Shown: positions 19,935 to 28,806 of the stretch, piece after piece
Numbering within the stretch: position 1 is the first letter of the stretch
Layout: each line of letters begins with the position of its first letter
Assembly (NCBI GenBank): GCA_038235025.1
Contig: JBBSUJ010000005.1
Span: 7,417-71,416, forward strand
Origin: Burkholderiales bacterium
GTDB lineage: Bacteria; Pseudomonadota; Gammaproteobacteria; Burkholderiales; Burkholderiaceae_C
Length of the DNA stretch: 64,000 nt
Direction of reading: 5' to 3'
The notes under the pieces: model-generated
What the model was told of the DNA's origin: nothing
The model's input: the letters and a program-made list of their open reading frames with translations, nothing else
Database searches by the model: none
Program-made: the position numbers and the translations under genes

Positions 19935-20150
19935 ATATCCTCTTACCGTCTTTGCAAATACAGAGGTGCAAGCGCCCACGCGCATCACGCGCCAGCCCTA
20001 TGGCAATCCCCTCCCCCGCACGGCATGGCCGTGCATTTGTTGTTCCGAATCTGTTGTTTTATTTTTCGGAACGGGTGAATGTATCAAATGGCTGAGCTTT
20101 GCGGGACTGTTGTTACATGCCTTCGCGCAAAGAGACAGGTACAGCCACTA

Positions 20151-20900
20151 TCAGGCGGTGGAACCGTGCGCTTTTGCATGCTCACTGATGCGGTAGAGCC
20201 ACACTGAGCGCTCGTTGTTGAGCGGCATCTCGACATCCGCGCGAATGACTGGCACGACAAATTCCAGGCTCACCAGGCAACTACCAGGCGCCATCTCAGC
20301 GCACGCTTTTTCGTACGCCCGGGCCATGCTTTCGGGTCGCTGGAACAAATACACCAGTTGATAGTCGCTCCAATTCGCCTTCCAAATGTCGCCCTTGCAC
20401 ACCCGCGCCCACGGGCAGCGCAGTGCACACAAAATTTGTAGCAGCCGACTGCGCTCCAGCCCTTCAATGTGGGCGTGCGGATAGGCCTCGCGCAGCGCGA
20501 GCAGGCCATCGCCCAGTCCACATCCCGCGTCCAGCACACGCACGCCGACAGGGAGCGGGGCTTGTGCGCTGAGCTGTGTGAGCGCTCCGCGCGGCGTGGG
20601 AAACAGCGGCGCGTCACGCCAAGCGCCTAAGGGGTAGACCAGCAGCAACAAGGCCAGTGGTGCCAGCCACAGCCAGCCGGGGAGGCCTGCAGCGCCCGAG
20701 AAAATCAGCGCCAGCGGGAACCCGCCCGCCAGTAGCGCGCGACGCCACCACCCCTGCGCCAGCGGGCTGAGTAGCACCGGCAATGCGCAGGCCAACAATA
20801 CGGCGCCCCCCGCCGATAGCCACTGCGCACTTCCCATAAAAACCGCCGACGCCAGCGCCCAAGCTAGCAAGGCAGGAAGCGGCCAAGGCAGGCGCGGCAC
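20151..20900 (-). CDS. Membrane-anchored class I SAM-dependent methyltransferase
   Basis: 249 aa. The N-terminal ~95 aa are hydrophobic (3-4 TM segments), followed by SAM-binding motif I (VLDAGCGLGDG). Confidence 0.75.
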   Translation of the reverse strand: MPRLPWPLPALLAWALASAVFMGSAQWLSAGGAVLLACALPVLLSPLAQGWWRRALLAGGFPLALIFSGAAGLPGWLWLAPLALLLLVYPLGAWRDAPLFPTPRGALTQLSAQAPLPVGVRVLDAGCGLGDGLLALREAYPHAHIEGLERSRLLQILCALRCPWARVCKGDIWKANWSDYQLVYLFQRPESMARAYEKACAEMAPGSCLVSLEFVVPVIRADVEMPLNNERSVWLYRISEHAKAHGSTA

Positions 20901-20952
20901 GTCAGCTAAGCGAATGAGACGCGTGAAGGGTCAAGAAGCAGAGGCGCTGGCT

Positions 20953-21867
20953 TCAATGCCCTCGTAGCCGGTCGATCAGGCCGTTCAAGGCTTCCAACGA
21001 GCCAAAACCAATAGAGATTTCCCCCATTTCCTCCATACGGCCAGCGCGCTTCACGCGCTTTTTCACCCGCACTTCGACTTCGGCCATGAGCAGGTCGGAC
21101 AGCTCCTCCTCCACCCGCTTTATGTCGCGCGACTTTTCTTTTTTGGGCTTTTGCGGTACCAAATTAAAGTCGGCACCAATGCGGCGCACCAGCGATTCCG
21201 CCTCGCGCACCGACAGCTTCTTGGCGGCGATTTGATTGCCTGCGGTGATCTGCGCGGCGCGGTCAAGCGAGAGCAGCGCGCGCGCGTGGCCCATATCAAT
21301 ATCGCCCGCCATCAGCATGGCCTGCACCGGGTCCGCCAGATTGAGCAGCCGCAGCAAGTTGGAAGCCGCCGAGCGCGAGCGCCCTACCGCTTGCGCCGCC
21401 TGCTCATGCGTGAGGCCAAATTCCTTCACCAAGCGCGCAAGCCCTTGCGCCTCTTCCAGCGGATTGAGATCTTCACGCTGGATGTTTTCAATCAGCGCCA
21501 TGGCGGCGGCGGCCTCGTCGGGCACATCGCGCACCAACACCGGAATGCTGGTCAGCCCCGCCAGCTTGGCGGCCCGGAACCGCCGCTCGCCGGCAATGAT
21601 TTCGTACTGGCCGGCATGCTCTCCATTGGCCAGCTTGCGCACCAGTACGGGCTGCATGATGCCCTGCACCTTGATGGATTCGGCCAGCTCATACAGCGCG
21701 CCCTCATCCATGCGCGTTCGCGGCTGATAAGCACCTGGCACCAACGATGTCAGCGGCAAATTGCTGGGCGCGCCATCCGCCGGTTCGGTGTTGATCCGCT
21801 CGGCCACTTTGGGGCCCAGCAACGCTTCGAGTCCGCGGCCAAGGCCTTTGGGTTTCTTGGTGACCAT
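20953..21867 (-). CDS. parB: Chromosome partitioning protein ParB
   Basis: Internal ATG at 21867 (MVTKKPKGLGRGLEALLG). It has the ParB box GERRFRAAKLAG and an HTH region. The start overlaps the stop of the upstream hydrolase gene by 1 nt (TGATG). Confidence 0.9.
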   Translation of the reverse strand: MVTKKPKGLGRGLEALLGPKVAERINTEPADGAPSNLPLTSLVPGAYQPRTRMDEGALYELAESIKVQGIMQPVLVRKLANGEHAGQYEIIAGERRFRAAKLAGLTSIPVLVRDVPDEAAAAMALIENIQREDLNPLEEAQGLARLVKEFGLTHEQAAQAVGRSRSAASNLLRLLNLADPVQAMLMAGDIDMGHARALLSLDRAAQITAGNQIAAKKLSVREAESLVRRIGADFNLVPQKPKKEKSRDIKRVEEELSDLLMAEVEVRVKKRVKRAGRMEEMGEISIGFGSLEALNGLIDRLRGH

Positions 21868-22415
21868 CAGGAGCTTTCTTTCTTCAAGGATGTCAGGAGC
21901 GCGTGGCCTGCGGGCCAGTCGCCCAAACCAGATGCCGCATTCAAATGCCCTACTGCACCAGCGTCGACAAAGCGCGCGCCCCATTGCCGCGCCAACGTGT
22001 TGGCCCGCGCAAAAGCGCAATAAGGGTCGTCGCGGCTACCCACCAATATGGTGGGGAACGGCAGCGGTTGGCTTGCAATCGGGAGCCAGCCAGGAATCTG
22101 CGCCGCCACCTCGGGCTGGGCGACATCGCCGGGAGCGACGAGCAGCGCCCCGCAGACTTTGCCGGTGTGCTGCGAATGCGCCGCCCACCACGCTGTGAGG
22201 ACGCAGCCCAAGCTGTGCGCGGCCAATACCAATGGGCTACTAGCGTCCGCCACTACCTCGTCCAGGCGGGCACTCCAGTCGCCGCGCAAGGGGCGCTGCC
22301 AATCGTGCTGCTCGACGCGCTGGTAACCGTGGGCGGCTTCCCAAAGCGTCTGCCAGTGATCATCGCCCGAGCTTTGCCAGCCTGGCAACGTGAGAACTTG
22401 CACCGCACTCACCAT
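21867..22415 (-). CDS. RBBP9/YdeN-family serine hydrolase
   Basis: 182 aa. It has LTLPGWQSSGDDHWQ at the N-terminus, a nucleophile motif AHSLGC, and SRDDPY followed by GHLN, as in YdeN-type alpha/beta hydrolases. Confidence 0.75.
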   Translation of the reverse strand: MVSAVQVLTLPGWQSSGDDHWQTLWEAAHGYQRVEQHDWQRPLRGDWSARLDEVVADASSPLVLAAHSLGCVLTAWWAAHSQHTGKVCGALLVAPGDVAQPEVAAQIPGWLPIASQPLPFPTILVGSRDDPYCAFARANTLARQWGARFVDAGAVGHLNAASGLGDWPAGHALLTSLKKESS

Positions 22416-22426
22416 ACTTCTTTATT

Positions 22427-22469
22427 CATAGCTATCAGCCCAATACCATCAAGCGCTAGAGGCCGATTT
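22427..22469 (+). repeat. REP-like element, copy 3, overlapping the parA stop
   Basis: Sequence tcatagctatcagcccaataccatcaagcgctagaggccgattt. The parA stop codon (22449-22451) and its last ~6 codons lie inside the element. Confidence 0.7.
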
Positions 22470-23282
22470 GTCTTGTTTTTTTGACTTGTCGGCGGACTTG
22501 GGTACCGTGGGCGCAAAGCGCTGCACGCGCTCCACCATCTCGCGGGCAAACTCCACAAACGCCACACTGCCCTTGGCTTGCGGATCAAACACGACCCCAG
22601 GCAGCCCGTAGCTGGGCGCTTCGGCCAAGCGCACATTGCGGGGGATCACGGTGGCGAAGACCTTGTCCCCGAAGTGTTCACGCAGTTGCTCGCTCACCTG
22701 GCTTTGCAGCGTAATGCGCGGGTCAAACATGACGCGCAGCAAACCGATGATCTGCAGGTCGGGATTCAAATTGGCATGCACCTGCTTGATCGTGTTGACC
22801 AGGTCGGTCAAGCCTTCCAGCGCGAAATACTCGCACTGCATGGGAACGATCACGCCGTGTGCGCTGCACAAGCCGTTCAAGGTCAAAAGGGAAAGGGACG
22901 GCGGGCAGTCGATCAACACAAAATCGTAGTCGTCTGCCACTTCCGCCAACGCGGTTTTCAGGCGCTTTTCGCGGCGCTCCAGTTCCACCAGTTCGACCTC
23001 TGCGCCGGCCAGTTCGCGGTTGGCGCCCAGCACCCAATAGCCGCATTTATCTGCCAGCACGGCCGCTTCGCGAATCGACGCCGATTCCAGCAGCACGTCG
23101 TAAATGGTGGAAGCGAGCTTGCGCTTGTCCACGCCGGAACCCATGGTGGCGTTGCCTTGCGGGTCCAGATCCACCAACAGCACGCGTTGGCCGACGAGCG
23201 CCAGACCAGCGGCAAGATTCACCGAGGTGGTGGTCTTGCCAACGCCGCCTTTTTGGTTGGCGATACAGAAAATATGCGCCAT
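22449..23282 (-). CDS. parA: Chromosome partitioning ATPase ParA (Soj)
   Basis: 277 aa with a deviant Walker A motif (MAHIFCIANQKGGVGKTTT) and LIDCPPSL. Confidence 0.92.
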   Translation of the reverse strand: MAHIFCIANQKGGVGKTTTSVNLAAGLALVGQRVLLVDLDPQGNATMGSGVDKRKLASTIYDVLLESASIREAAVLADKCGYWVLGANRELAGAEVELVELERREKRLKTALAEVADDYDFVLIDCPPSLSLLTLNGLCSAHGVIVPMQCEYFALEGLTDLVNTIKQVHANLNPDLQIIGLLRVMFDPRITLQSQVSEQLREHFGDKVFATVIPRNVRLAEAPSYGLPGVVFDPQAKGSVAFVEFAREMVERVQRFAPTVPKSADKSKKQDKSASSA

Positions 23283-23369
23283 TAGTGCGCTCCGCCTGGC
23301 AGTGCCGTGCTGCGGCTGGATGGGACGACACTGATCATGGATTTCCTGCGGTTGGAACGAAGGGCGAGT

Positions 23370-24095
23370 TTACGTGACCGCACCGACCTCGCCACGCGAA
23401 TGTTCAGCGGCCATGCACCGCATCCACACAATGCAACGCTCGGCATCCAGGCACGGCACGGCCAACTGTTCCACGTGAAACACTTCCACTGCCTTTGGCA
23501 AGGCGCTGATCTCATCCTGCGGGTGCTTACCTTTCATCGCGAGCCACGCCCCGCCCGGCCCGAGCGCCGCGCCAGACCATGCGGTGAAGTCCGCCAACGA
23601 GGCAAAGGCACGGCTGCTGACGACGCCGTACGCATCTGCCAGCGATTCCACCCGGGCGTGGACACCGCGCAGGTTTTTAAGGCCGATACTGACCGCCACT
23701 TGCTGAACAAAAGCCGCCTTTTTGCTTACCGTGTCAACGCAGTCAACCATGAGCTCCGGAACGCAAATGGCAAACACAACACCGGGTAAGCCACCGCCAG
23801 AGCCGACATCGAGCAGGCGCATCGCCCCAGCGGCAGACTCGTTCGCTTGCGTCAAATGGCGCCGCAAGGGAGCAACCGCTGCCAAGCTATCTAAAAGGTG
23901 CAAGCTGAGCATGGCCTGGGGATCACGCACAGAGGTCAGGTTGTAGACCTTGTTCCATTTTTGAAGCAACCCGAGGAATGACGCCAACTGGTCCAACTGC
24001 ACTTCCGTAAGTTCTAGCGCCAATGCGCGAACGCCCTGCTCCAGCTGCAGCCTCAGCGCAGCCTCGCTCAACGACACCTTAGCTGGCACTTCCAT
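23370..24095 (-). CDS. rsmG: 16S rRNA (guanine527-N7)-methyltransferase RsmG
   Basis: 241 aa with LLQKWNKVYNLTSVRD and SAM motif LLDVGSGGGLPG. It overlaps the mnmG stop by 1 nt. Confidence 0.9.
   Translation of the reverse strand: MEVPAKVSLSEAALRLQLEQGVRALALELTEVQLDQLASFLGLLQKWNKVYNLTSVRDPQAMLSLHLLDSLAAVAPLRRHLTQANESAAGAMRLLDVGSGGGLPGVVFAICVPELMVDCVDTVSKKAAFVQQVAVSIGLKNLRGVHARVESLADAYGVVSSRAFASLADFTAWSGAALGPGGAWLAMKGKHPQDEISALPKAVEVFHVEQLAVPCLDAERCIVWMRCMAAEHSRGEVGAVT
23467..23482. promoter_or_regulatory. parS site (ParB binding), inside rsmG
   Basis: TGTTCCACGTGAAACA matches the parS consensus TGTTNCACGTGAAACA. Confidence 0.8.
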
Positions 24096-26071
24096 CAGGC
24101 CACCACACCTTCGGGTGAGCGGGAAAACTCTTTCAATCCATTCTTTTTGAGATGGACCAGCAAGAGCGACATGCTGGCAGGCGTGATACCCGGAATACGT
24201 GATGCCTGCCCCAAGGTCTCTGGCCGCTGGCGCTCCAGGGTCTGCCGCGCCTCGATGCTCAGCGCGGTCACTTTCAAGTAGTCAATATCGGCGGGCAGCT
24301 TCAACTGCTCGAAGTGCGCCGCCCTTTGCACGTCACTCTTCTGGCGCTCAATGTAGCCAGAGTAACTGGCAGCAATCTCTATCTGCTCGACCACGGACTC
24401 ACAAAGCTCGCCCAATGTTTCACGTGAAACATCTGCGCTGACATGACGTCCACCATCCATTTCCATCAGCGGCTGGTACTTCACGTCTGGCCGGCGCAGC
24501 AACTCAAACAGGTTGTACTCGTGCTCAATGGCTTTACCCAGAACGCGCTCAGACTCGCGAGCGGGCAAATTTTTGGGATTTACCCAGGTGTTTTTGAGGC
24601 GCGCCGTCTCGCGCTCCACCGCCTCGCGTTTGCGGCTGAAGGACGCCCAGCGCGCGTCGTCCACCAATCCCATGGTGCGACCTGCTTCTGTCAGGCGCAT
24701 ATCGGCGTTGTCTTCGCGCAGTTGCAGGCGGTATTCGGCCCGGCTGGTAAACATGCGGTAGGGCTCGGTCACGCCCTGTGTGACCAAGTCGTCCACCAGC
24801 ACGCCCAGGTAGGCTTCGTCGCGCCCTGGCAACCAAGGCGACTCACCCCGACACGCCAACGCGGCGTTGATGCCGGCGAACAGGCCTTGTGCAGCAGCTT
24901 CTTCATAGCCGGTGGTGCCGTTGATCTGCCCGGCGAAATACAGCCCGGTGATTTGCCGTGTTTCAAAGCTGTTTTTCAACGAGCGCGGGTCAAAGTAGTC
25001 GTATTCAATCGCGTAACCGGGACGCAGAATGTGTGCGTTCTCCAGCCCATCCATGCTGCGCACTAGGTCCAGCTGAATGTCGAACGGCAAGCTGGTGCTG
25101 ATGCCGTTGGGATAGAACTCGTGCGTGGTCAAACCCTCAGGCTCCAGAAAAATTTGGTGGCTGTCCTTATCCGCAAAGCGATTGACCTTGTCTTCCACGC
25201 TGGGGCAATAGCGCGGCCCCACGCCTTCAATTTTCCCGGTGAACATGGGACTGCGATCAAAACCGCTGCGAATGATGTCGTGTGTGCGCAGGTTGGTGTG
25301 CGTAATCCAGCACGGCATTTGTGCCGGGTGCATGGCCGCACCCCCATGCGCATGCGCCATGAAGCTGAAAACCGGAACCTTGCCCTCGTTCACGCCGCCC
25401 GGCATGCCGTCGCCGGGTTGCTCTTGGCACTTCGAGAAATCAATGCTGCGGCCGTCGATGCGCGGGGGTGTTCCGGTTTTGAGCCGGCCTTGTGGCAGCT
25501 GCAATTCTTTGAGCCGCGCCGACAGACTCGCCGCCGGCGGGTCACCCGCCCTGCCGGCCGCATAGTTGCTCAGCCCCACATGGATTTTCCCGTCCAGAAA
25601 AGTGCCTGCCGTCAGCACCACGGTGCGACTGCGAAACTGCACACCCACCTGGGTAACGGCGCCGACCACCCGGTCGCCCTCCACCATCAAGTCATCGACC
25701 GCTTGCTGGAAAAGCCACAAGTTGGGCTGATTCTCCAATGCGTGCCGAATGGCCGCCTTGTACAGAACGCGGTCAGCTTGCGCGCGCGTAGCGCGTACAG
25801 CAGGCCCTTTGCTGGAGTTCAGAATGCGAAACTGAATGCCAGACACATCAGTCGCCAATGCCATCGCGCCGCCCAGCGCGTCCACTTCTTTCACCAAGTG
25901 GCCCTTGCCGATGCCGCCGATAGACGGGTTGCAGCTCATCTGCCCCAGGGTTTCGATGTTGTGGGTCAGCAGCAAAGTGCGGCTTCCCATGCGGGCGGCG
26001 GCCAGCGCGGCCTCGGTGCCGGCATGGCCGCCACCGACGACGATGACATCAAATTCTTTGGGATACAACAT
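24095..26071 (-). CDS. mnmG: tRNA uridine-5-carboxymethylaminomethyl synthesis enzyme MnmG (GidA)
   Basis: ATG 26071 gives [22 protein letters not shown] (FAD dinucleotide fold). It resembles E. coli MnmG along its full length, as I recall that sequence. Confidence 0.93.
   Translation of the reverse strand: MLYPKEFDVIVVGGGHAGTEAALAAARMGSRTLLLTHNIETLGQMSCNPSIGGIGKGHLVKEVDALGGAMALATDVSGIQFRILNSSKGPAVRATRAQADRVLYKAAIRHALENQPNLWLFQQAVDDLMVEGDRVVGAVTQVGVQFRSRTVVLTAGTFLDGKIHVGLSNYAAGRAGDPPAASLSARLKELQLPQGRLKTGTPPRIDGRSIDFSKCQEQPGDGMPGGVNEGKVPVFSFMAHAHGGAAMHPAQMPCWITHTNLRTHDIIRSGFDRSPMFTGKIEGVGPRYCPSVEDKVNRFADKDSHQIFLEPEGLTTHEFYPNGISTSLPFDIQLDLVRSMDGLENAHILRPGYAIEYDYFDPRSLKNSFETRQITGLYFAGQINGTTGYEEAAAQGLFAGINAALACRGESPWLPGRDEAYLGVLVDDLVTQGVTEPYRMFTSRAEYRLQLREDNADMRLTEAGRTMGLVDDARWASFSRKREAVERETARLKNTWVNPKNLPARESERVLGKAIEHEYNLFELLRRPDVKYQPLMEMDGGRHVSADVSRETLGELCESVVEQIEIAASYSGYIERQKSDVQRAAHFEQLKLPADIDYLKVTALSIEARQTLERQRPETLGQASRIPGITPASMSLLLVHLKKNGLKEFSRSPEGVVA
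24416..24431. promoter_or_regulatory. parS site, inside mnmG
   Basis: TGTTTCACGTGAAACA is the perfect 16-bp palindromic parS. Confidence 0.85.
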
Positions 26072-26145
26072 GGGACACACTCCGAAACGACCAACGTCAA
26101 GGATTGACGGTATGCCTCGATTTTCCCACCAATGGCGCGCAAGGG

Positions 26146-26161
26146 TGTTTCACGTGGAACA
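26146..26161. promoter_or_regulatory. parS site, intergenic (mnmG / yeiH)
   Basis: TGTTTCACGTGGAACA is the exact reverse complement of the site at 23467. It is embedded in a longer inverted repeat, aagggtgt...acaccctt. Confidence 0.8.
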
Positions 26162-26185
26162 CACCCTTGGCTGAAGCGAATGCGC

Positions 26186-27232
26186 TCAAAGGAGAGTCAA
26201 CAAACGCGGCACGCCTTGGTTGATCACCGCACCTCCGACGACCAACCAGATGAACAGCACACCCGCCAACGCCAAGGGCCGCAAACCCGCCTTGCTCAAG
26301 GCGCTTACTTGGGTGGTAAGCCCCAGCGCTGCCATCGCCATCGCCAGCGCAAAGTTGTCGACCTGTACAGCGGCGCTTACCAAGCCCGCCGGGAGCCACT
26401 GCAGTGAATTGAAGAGCACCATACCGATAAACGCAAAGGCAAACCATGGAATAGAGATGCCGCGGCTACTTACCCATGACGAGTCGTCATGCGTGGAGCT
26501 TTCGCGGCTTGTATGCCCCGCTACCCAAAAAGACAGCAGCAACAGTACCGGCGCCAGCAGCATCACCCGCACCATTTTGGTCACCACCGCTGTATCGGCG
26601 GCTGCCTCGCTCACCGAGCGGCCCGCCACCAGCACCTGCGCCACTTCATGAATGGTCGAGCCGATATAGATGCCGAAGGCCTTGTCGCCTGACGGCAACC
26701 AGCCAGCGACGCTGCCCCAACTAAGCATCAACGGGTACAGAAACATGGCCAGCGTGCCAAACACCACTACCGTGGCCGCCGCCACCGTCACCTCTTCGGC
26801 ACGGGCGCGCAACACTGGCGCTGCGGCCATCACCGCAGCGGCGCCGCAAATCGAACTACCAGCCGCAATCAACATGGCGGCGCGGCGGTCCATGCCCAGC
26901 CACCGCACCCCCAACCAGCAAGCCAGCGCAAAGGTGGTAGCAACCACCAGCAAATTCGTGACCACACCCGCCGCGCCCACAGCGCCAATGTCGGCCACCG
27001 TGAGGCGTAGCCCGTACAGCACGATGCCAAGGCGCAATAACTGCTGCTTGGAAACGCCTACCCCCGTGGCGCAGCGCCCTTCCAGCGCCGGATACACGGT
27101 GTTGCCCACGACCACGCCCAGCACAATGGCCAGCGTGAGCGCGTTCATGCCGTGCGCCGCCATCCAACTGTGCGTGCTCAACATCAATGCGCTGGCCGCC
27201 AAGGCCGAGCTGAGCAACAAGCCCGGAAGCAT
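26186..27232 (-). CDS. yeiH: YeiH-family (UPF0324) membrane protein, putative sulfate exporter family
   Basis: The ORF extends to 27343. The ATG at 27232 (MLPGLLLSSALAAS) gives about 348 aa, the usual YeiH length. It is highly hydrophobic and divergent from a LysR gene, as yeiH is from yeiE. Confidence 0.75.
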   Translation of the reverse strand: MLPGLLLSSALAASALMLSTHSWMAAHGMNALTLAIVLGVVVGNTVYPALEGRCATGVGVSKQQLLRLGIVLYGLRLTVADIGAVGAAGVVTNLLVVATTFALACWLGVRWLGMDRRAAMLIAAGSSICGAAAVMAAAPVLRARAEEVTVAAATVVVFGTLAMFLYPLMLSWGSVAGWLPSGDKAFGIYIGSTIHEVAQVLVAGRSVSEAAADTAVVTKMVRVMLLAPVLLLLSFWVAGHTSRESSTHDDSSWVSSRGISIPWFAFAFIGMVLFNSLQWLPAGLVSAAVQVDNFALAMAMAALGLTTQVSALSKAGLRPLALAGVLFIWLVVGGAVINQGVPRLLTLL

Positions 27233-27440
27233 TTGGCGGCGCAGGGGCGGCTGGGCGGGGGATGTTCGGCTGCCTCTGCTTGAAAAGCCAACAATCTGCT
27301 GCGGAACAACACCTAACGAACGACGAGGACGGACCATGCGCACAAGTTTGAAGCTTATAGCTTGACCGGTCCAACGGGTTATTCTGGTTGAAGTAACCCA
27401 TTTTTCAGGTCAATAGGAGTAGCGCGGGCACAATGCGGCC

Positions 27441-28388
27441 ATGGACCTTTTGCACCTCAGCCTGCGGCAGTTACAAGTGTTCGTGGCCGTCGCGCGGGAG
27501 GGCACCACGGCGGCGGCGGCAGACCACATCGCGCTTTCGCAATCGGCTGCCAGCGCGGCAGTGAATGAATTGGAGCGGGTGTTGTCGCTGCAACTGTTTG
27601 ACCGGGTCGGTCGCAGGTTGCTGCCGAACGACAACGGGCGCGCCTTGCTGCCGCGCGCCCGGCGCATGTTGGAGGGCGCGGCCGATATCGAACGCATGGC
27701 GCGGGGCGCAGACCAGCAAATGCAGTCGCTGCGGATTGGCGCCAGCACCACGCTGGGCGCGCATGTGCTGCCGCGCGTGCTGGCGGAGTTCTTCGGCCAG
27801 CACCCGCAAACAGCGCCGCATTGGCAATCCTCCGTGGCGATAGGCAACACCGACGATATTTGCGCCTTGGTGGCAGACTTCGCGCTGGATATTGGCTTGG
27901 TCGAAGGTCATCCGCACCACCCTGCCCTGGCGGTAAGGCCCTGGGTGCATGACGAGCTGGTGCTGGTGGCCGCGCCGCAGGGTGCGCAAGGCCTGGACCC
28001 ACGTGAGCCCACCACGCTGGCACAGCTCCAAAACGCCGTATGGCTGCTGCGCGAAGCGGGCTCGGGCACCCGGGAGACGGGCGACCGGGCCATCCTTGCG
28101 CAAGTGCATGCCTACCGGCGGGTGATTGAAATGGGCAGCTCCGAGGCCATCAAAAACGCAGCGGCGGCGGGCCTTGGCATTGCCTGCTTGTCGCGCTGGG
28201 TGGTGCAGGATTTTCTGCAAGCCGGGCGCCTGCAGGAACTGCTCACTCCTCTGCCCGCCATCCAGCGCCAGTGCTTTTGCGTGTTGCCGCGCGGCAAGCA
28301 ACCCACCCCGGCATTGGAGCGGTTGCTTGCGCAGCTGGGGTGTGAGCGAAGCTTGCCGGGCGCGGCGCTGGCCGAAACCGCGCCGTAG
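27441..28388 (+). CDS. LysR family transcriptional regulator (YeiE-like by position)
   Basis: 315 aa with an N-terminal wHTH (LRQLQVFVAVAREGTTAAAADHIALSQSAASAAVNELE). Confidence 0.88.
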   Translation: MDLLHLSLRQLQVFVAVAREGTTAAAADHIALSQSAASAAVNELERVLSLQLFDRVGRRLLPNDNGRALLPRARRMLEGAADIERMARGADQQMQSLRIGASTTLGAHVLPRVLAEFFGQHPQTAPHWQSSVAIGNTDDICALVADFALDIGLVEGHPHHPALAVRPWVHDELVLVAAPQGAQGLDPREPTTLAQLQNAVWLLREAGSGTRETGDRAILAQVHAYRRVIEMGSSEAIKNAAAAGLGIACLSRWVVQDFLQAGRLQELLTPLPAIQRQCFCVLPRGKQPTPALERLLAQLGCERSLPGAALAETAP

Positions 28389-28634
28389 CGCTTGTCCCCG
28401 CCTATCAGCGCCTATCACCGTTGATGCGAAGCAAAGCATTGCAACTCCAGGGCACTGCACCCCATTGACGGTGGTGCTGTGATGGCTGGACCGATGCTGC
28501 ACGTGCACCAACGCAAGCGCTTGCAACATCGCCCTGATCCGCACGCGTCTTCACAACAGTCCAACGGGCAGGTCGATTCAACGACGCAGCGGTCACGCTG
28601 ATGCATAGGCACCTGCCAAATGCGCTATAACAAT

Positions 28635-28677
28635 CAAAGCTGCTTACGCAAGCGCTGCCTGCTCTAGAGCCCTATTT
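28635..28677 (+). repeat. REP-like element, copy 4
   Basis: Sequence caaagctgcttacgcaagcgctgcctgctctagagccctattt, in the convergent gap between the LysR gene and dabA. Confidence 0.6.
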
Positions 28678-28806
28678 GACTATAAATCTCGCGCGCCACA
28701 AGAAGCACCTGAGCAAGAGCCTTATGGGGTGCAAAGCAAGGCGCTCGGACAAGCAGGCGCCGGCCATTCAGGCAGGCCAACCCCTGAAGCCGAAAACGAA
28801 CCCCTG

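Noticed and set aside
26072-26185. A possible oriC next to mnmG (gidA), as in E. coli.
   Set aside because: The mnmG-yeiH spacer is only about 115 bp and GC-rich. It contains a parS palindrome but no DnaA-box cluster and no AT-rich unwinding element.
28389-28806. A 418-bp convergent gap between the LysR gene and dabA, as a candidate sRNA locus.
   Set aside because: Apart from REP-like copy 4, I could not identify a promoter-plus-terminator pair or a conserved structure by eye. It cannot be supported without transcriptome or covariance data.
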